Assembly: GCA_964610875.1 (NCBI GenBank)
Contig: CAZSWP010000060.1
Span: 1-15,345 of the forward strand
Origin: an uncultured archaeon
Lineage (GTDB): Archaea; Asgardarchaeota; Thorarchaeia; Thorarchaeales; Thorarchaeaceae
Length of the DNA stretch: 15,345 nucleotides
Direction: 5' to 3'
The notes below the pieces were generated by a model. The model saw only the letters and a list, made by a program, of their open reading frames with translations. It did no database searches and was not told where the DNA came from. The position numbers and the translations under genes were made by a program. Below, piece after piece: positions 14,858 through 15,345 of the stretch; the first letter of the stretch is position 1; every line of letters begins with the position of its first letter.

Positions 14858-15345
14858 TCATGCCTTTTCCTCAAACCCAGACACCTTGCGTTTTTTAATT
14901 AAATTACAGATCCAATCAATCCCTGCAGGACTAACATACACCTTCTTTGTTGAAAGATTATAGGTCAAGTATTTTGAACTCTCCTTTGTTTCCCAATTAA
15001 GATAAGCGTCTCTTGATGTATCAGCAATTCCTAATTCCGTACCAATAGCATCCTGTGGGAATCCGTCTGGATATGCCGCTGCAGAACATGCTACTAGGCG
15101 AATCTCATCAGAAACGCCTTTCTGCTTGGGAAAAATCAATATTCAGTTCTTGGAAGTGCAAACGTTTCTTATCTTTTTGATACAATCGGACAGACCAATG
15201 AGTATTTTCATATCTTCTGCCTTGAGTGCTGCCTTCAAGACATCTAGGTCAGTATCAATTCTTGCGACAATGGAATAGGTTCCATCACTGTGAAATTGAA
15301 TCTCAAATTTTGGTTCATTTCTATCATCATTCAATTCGAAATCCC
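14858..15345 (-). pseudogene. Putative winged-helix protein gene interrupted by a single in-frame TGA (15143-15145)
   Basis: ORFs 15143-15334 and 14858-15139 are in the same frame and read ...AAG AAC TGA ATA TTG ATT... The C-terminal part (GFPQDAIGTELGIADTSRDAYL...YL...KVYVSPAGIDW) resembles a wHTH. The frame stays open to the window edge, so the true start may lie outside. Confidence 0.55.

Noticed and set aside
1-15345. CRISPR array, rRNA, intact transposase or integrase, genome-wide TGA reassignment
   Set aside because: No regularly spaced repeats, RNA-gene signatures or recombinase motifs were seen, and several conserved genes end at TGA at their expected lengths.

Overview
AT-rich, gene-dense window that looks archaeal. 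The evidence is a PCNA-binding PIP box at the end of DinB, GGTGA/GAGG-type ribosome-binding sites and an archaeal-style H-box (THDLxN). The gene style suggests an Asgard/Thorarchaeia-like lineage, but that is inference only. In order, the window holds: a TIM-barrel sugar-phosphate isomerase/endonuclease IV-family gene, a PLP serine racemase/dehydratase, DinB, SfsA, an unknown membrane protein, an ABC ATPase plus permease, a convergent Zn/Cd-type P1B ATPase, a divergent PAS-PAS histidine kinase, a luciferase-like (probably F420-dependent) oxidoreductase, and a divergent sulfur-relay module (Met-rich membrane protein plus DsrE on the minus strand, TusA on the plus strand). From about 14.2 kb the sequence looks like decayed accessory DNA: an orphan 3' fragment of a type I R-M methyltransferase and a winged-helix gene split by an in-frame TGA. 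The most unusual observations are (1) a histidine kinase ending in a Cys-rich thioredoxin/glutaredoxin-like CxxC domain instead of a receiver domain, located between a metal pump and a sulfur-carrier module; (2) a 16-Met small membrane protein apparently co-transcribed with dsrE and divergent from tusA; and (3) an ABC ATPase with an N-terminal Rho-N/HeH-like motif. All calls come from motif recognition by eye; no searches were run.
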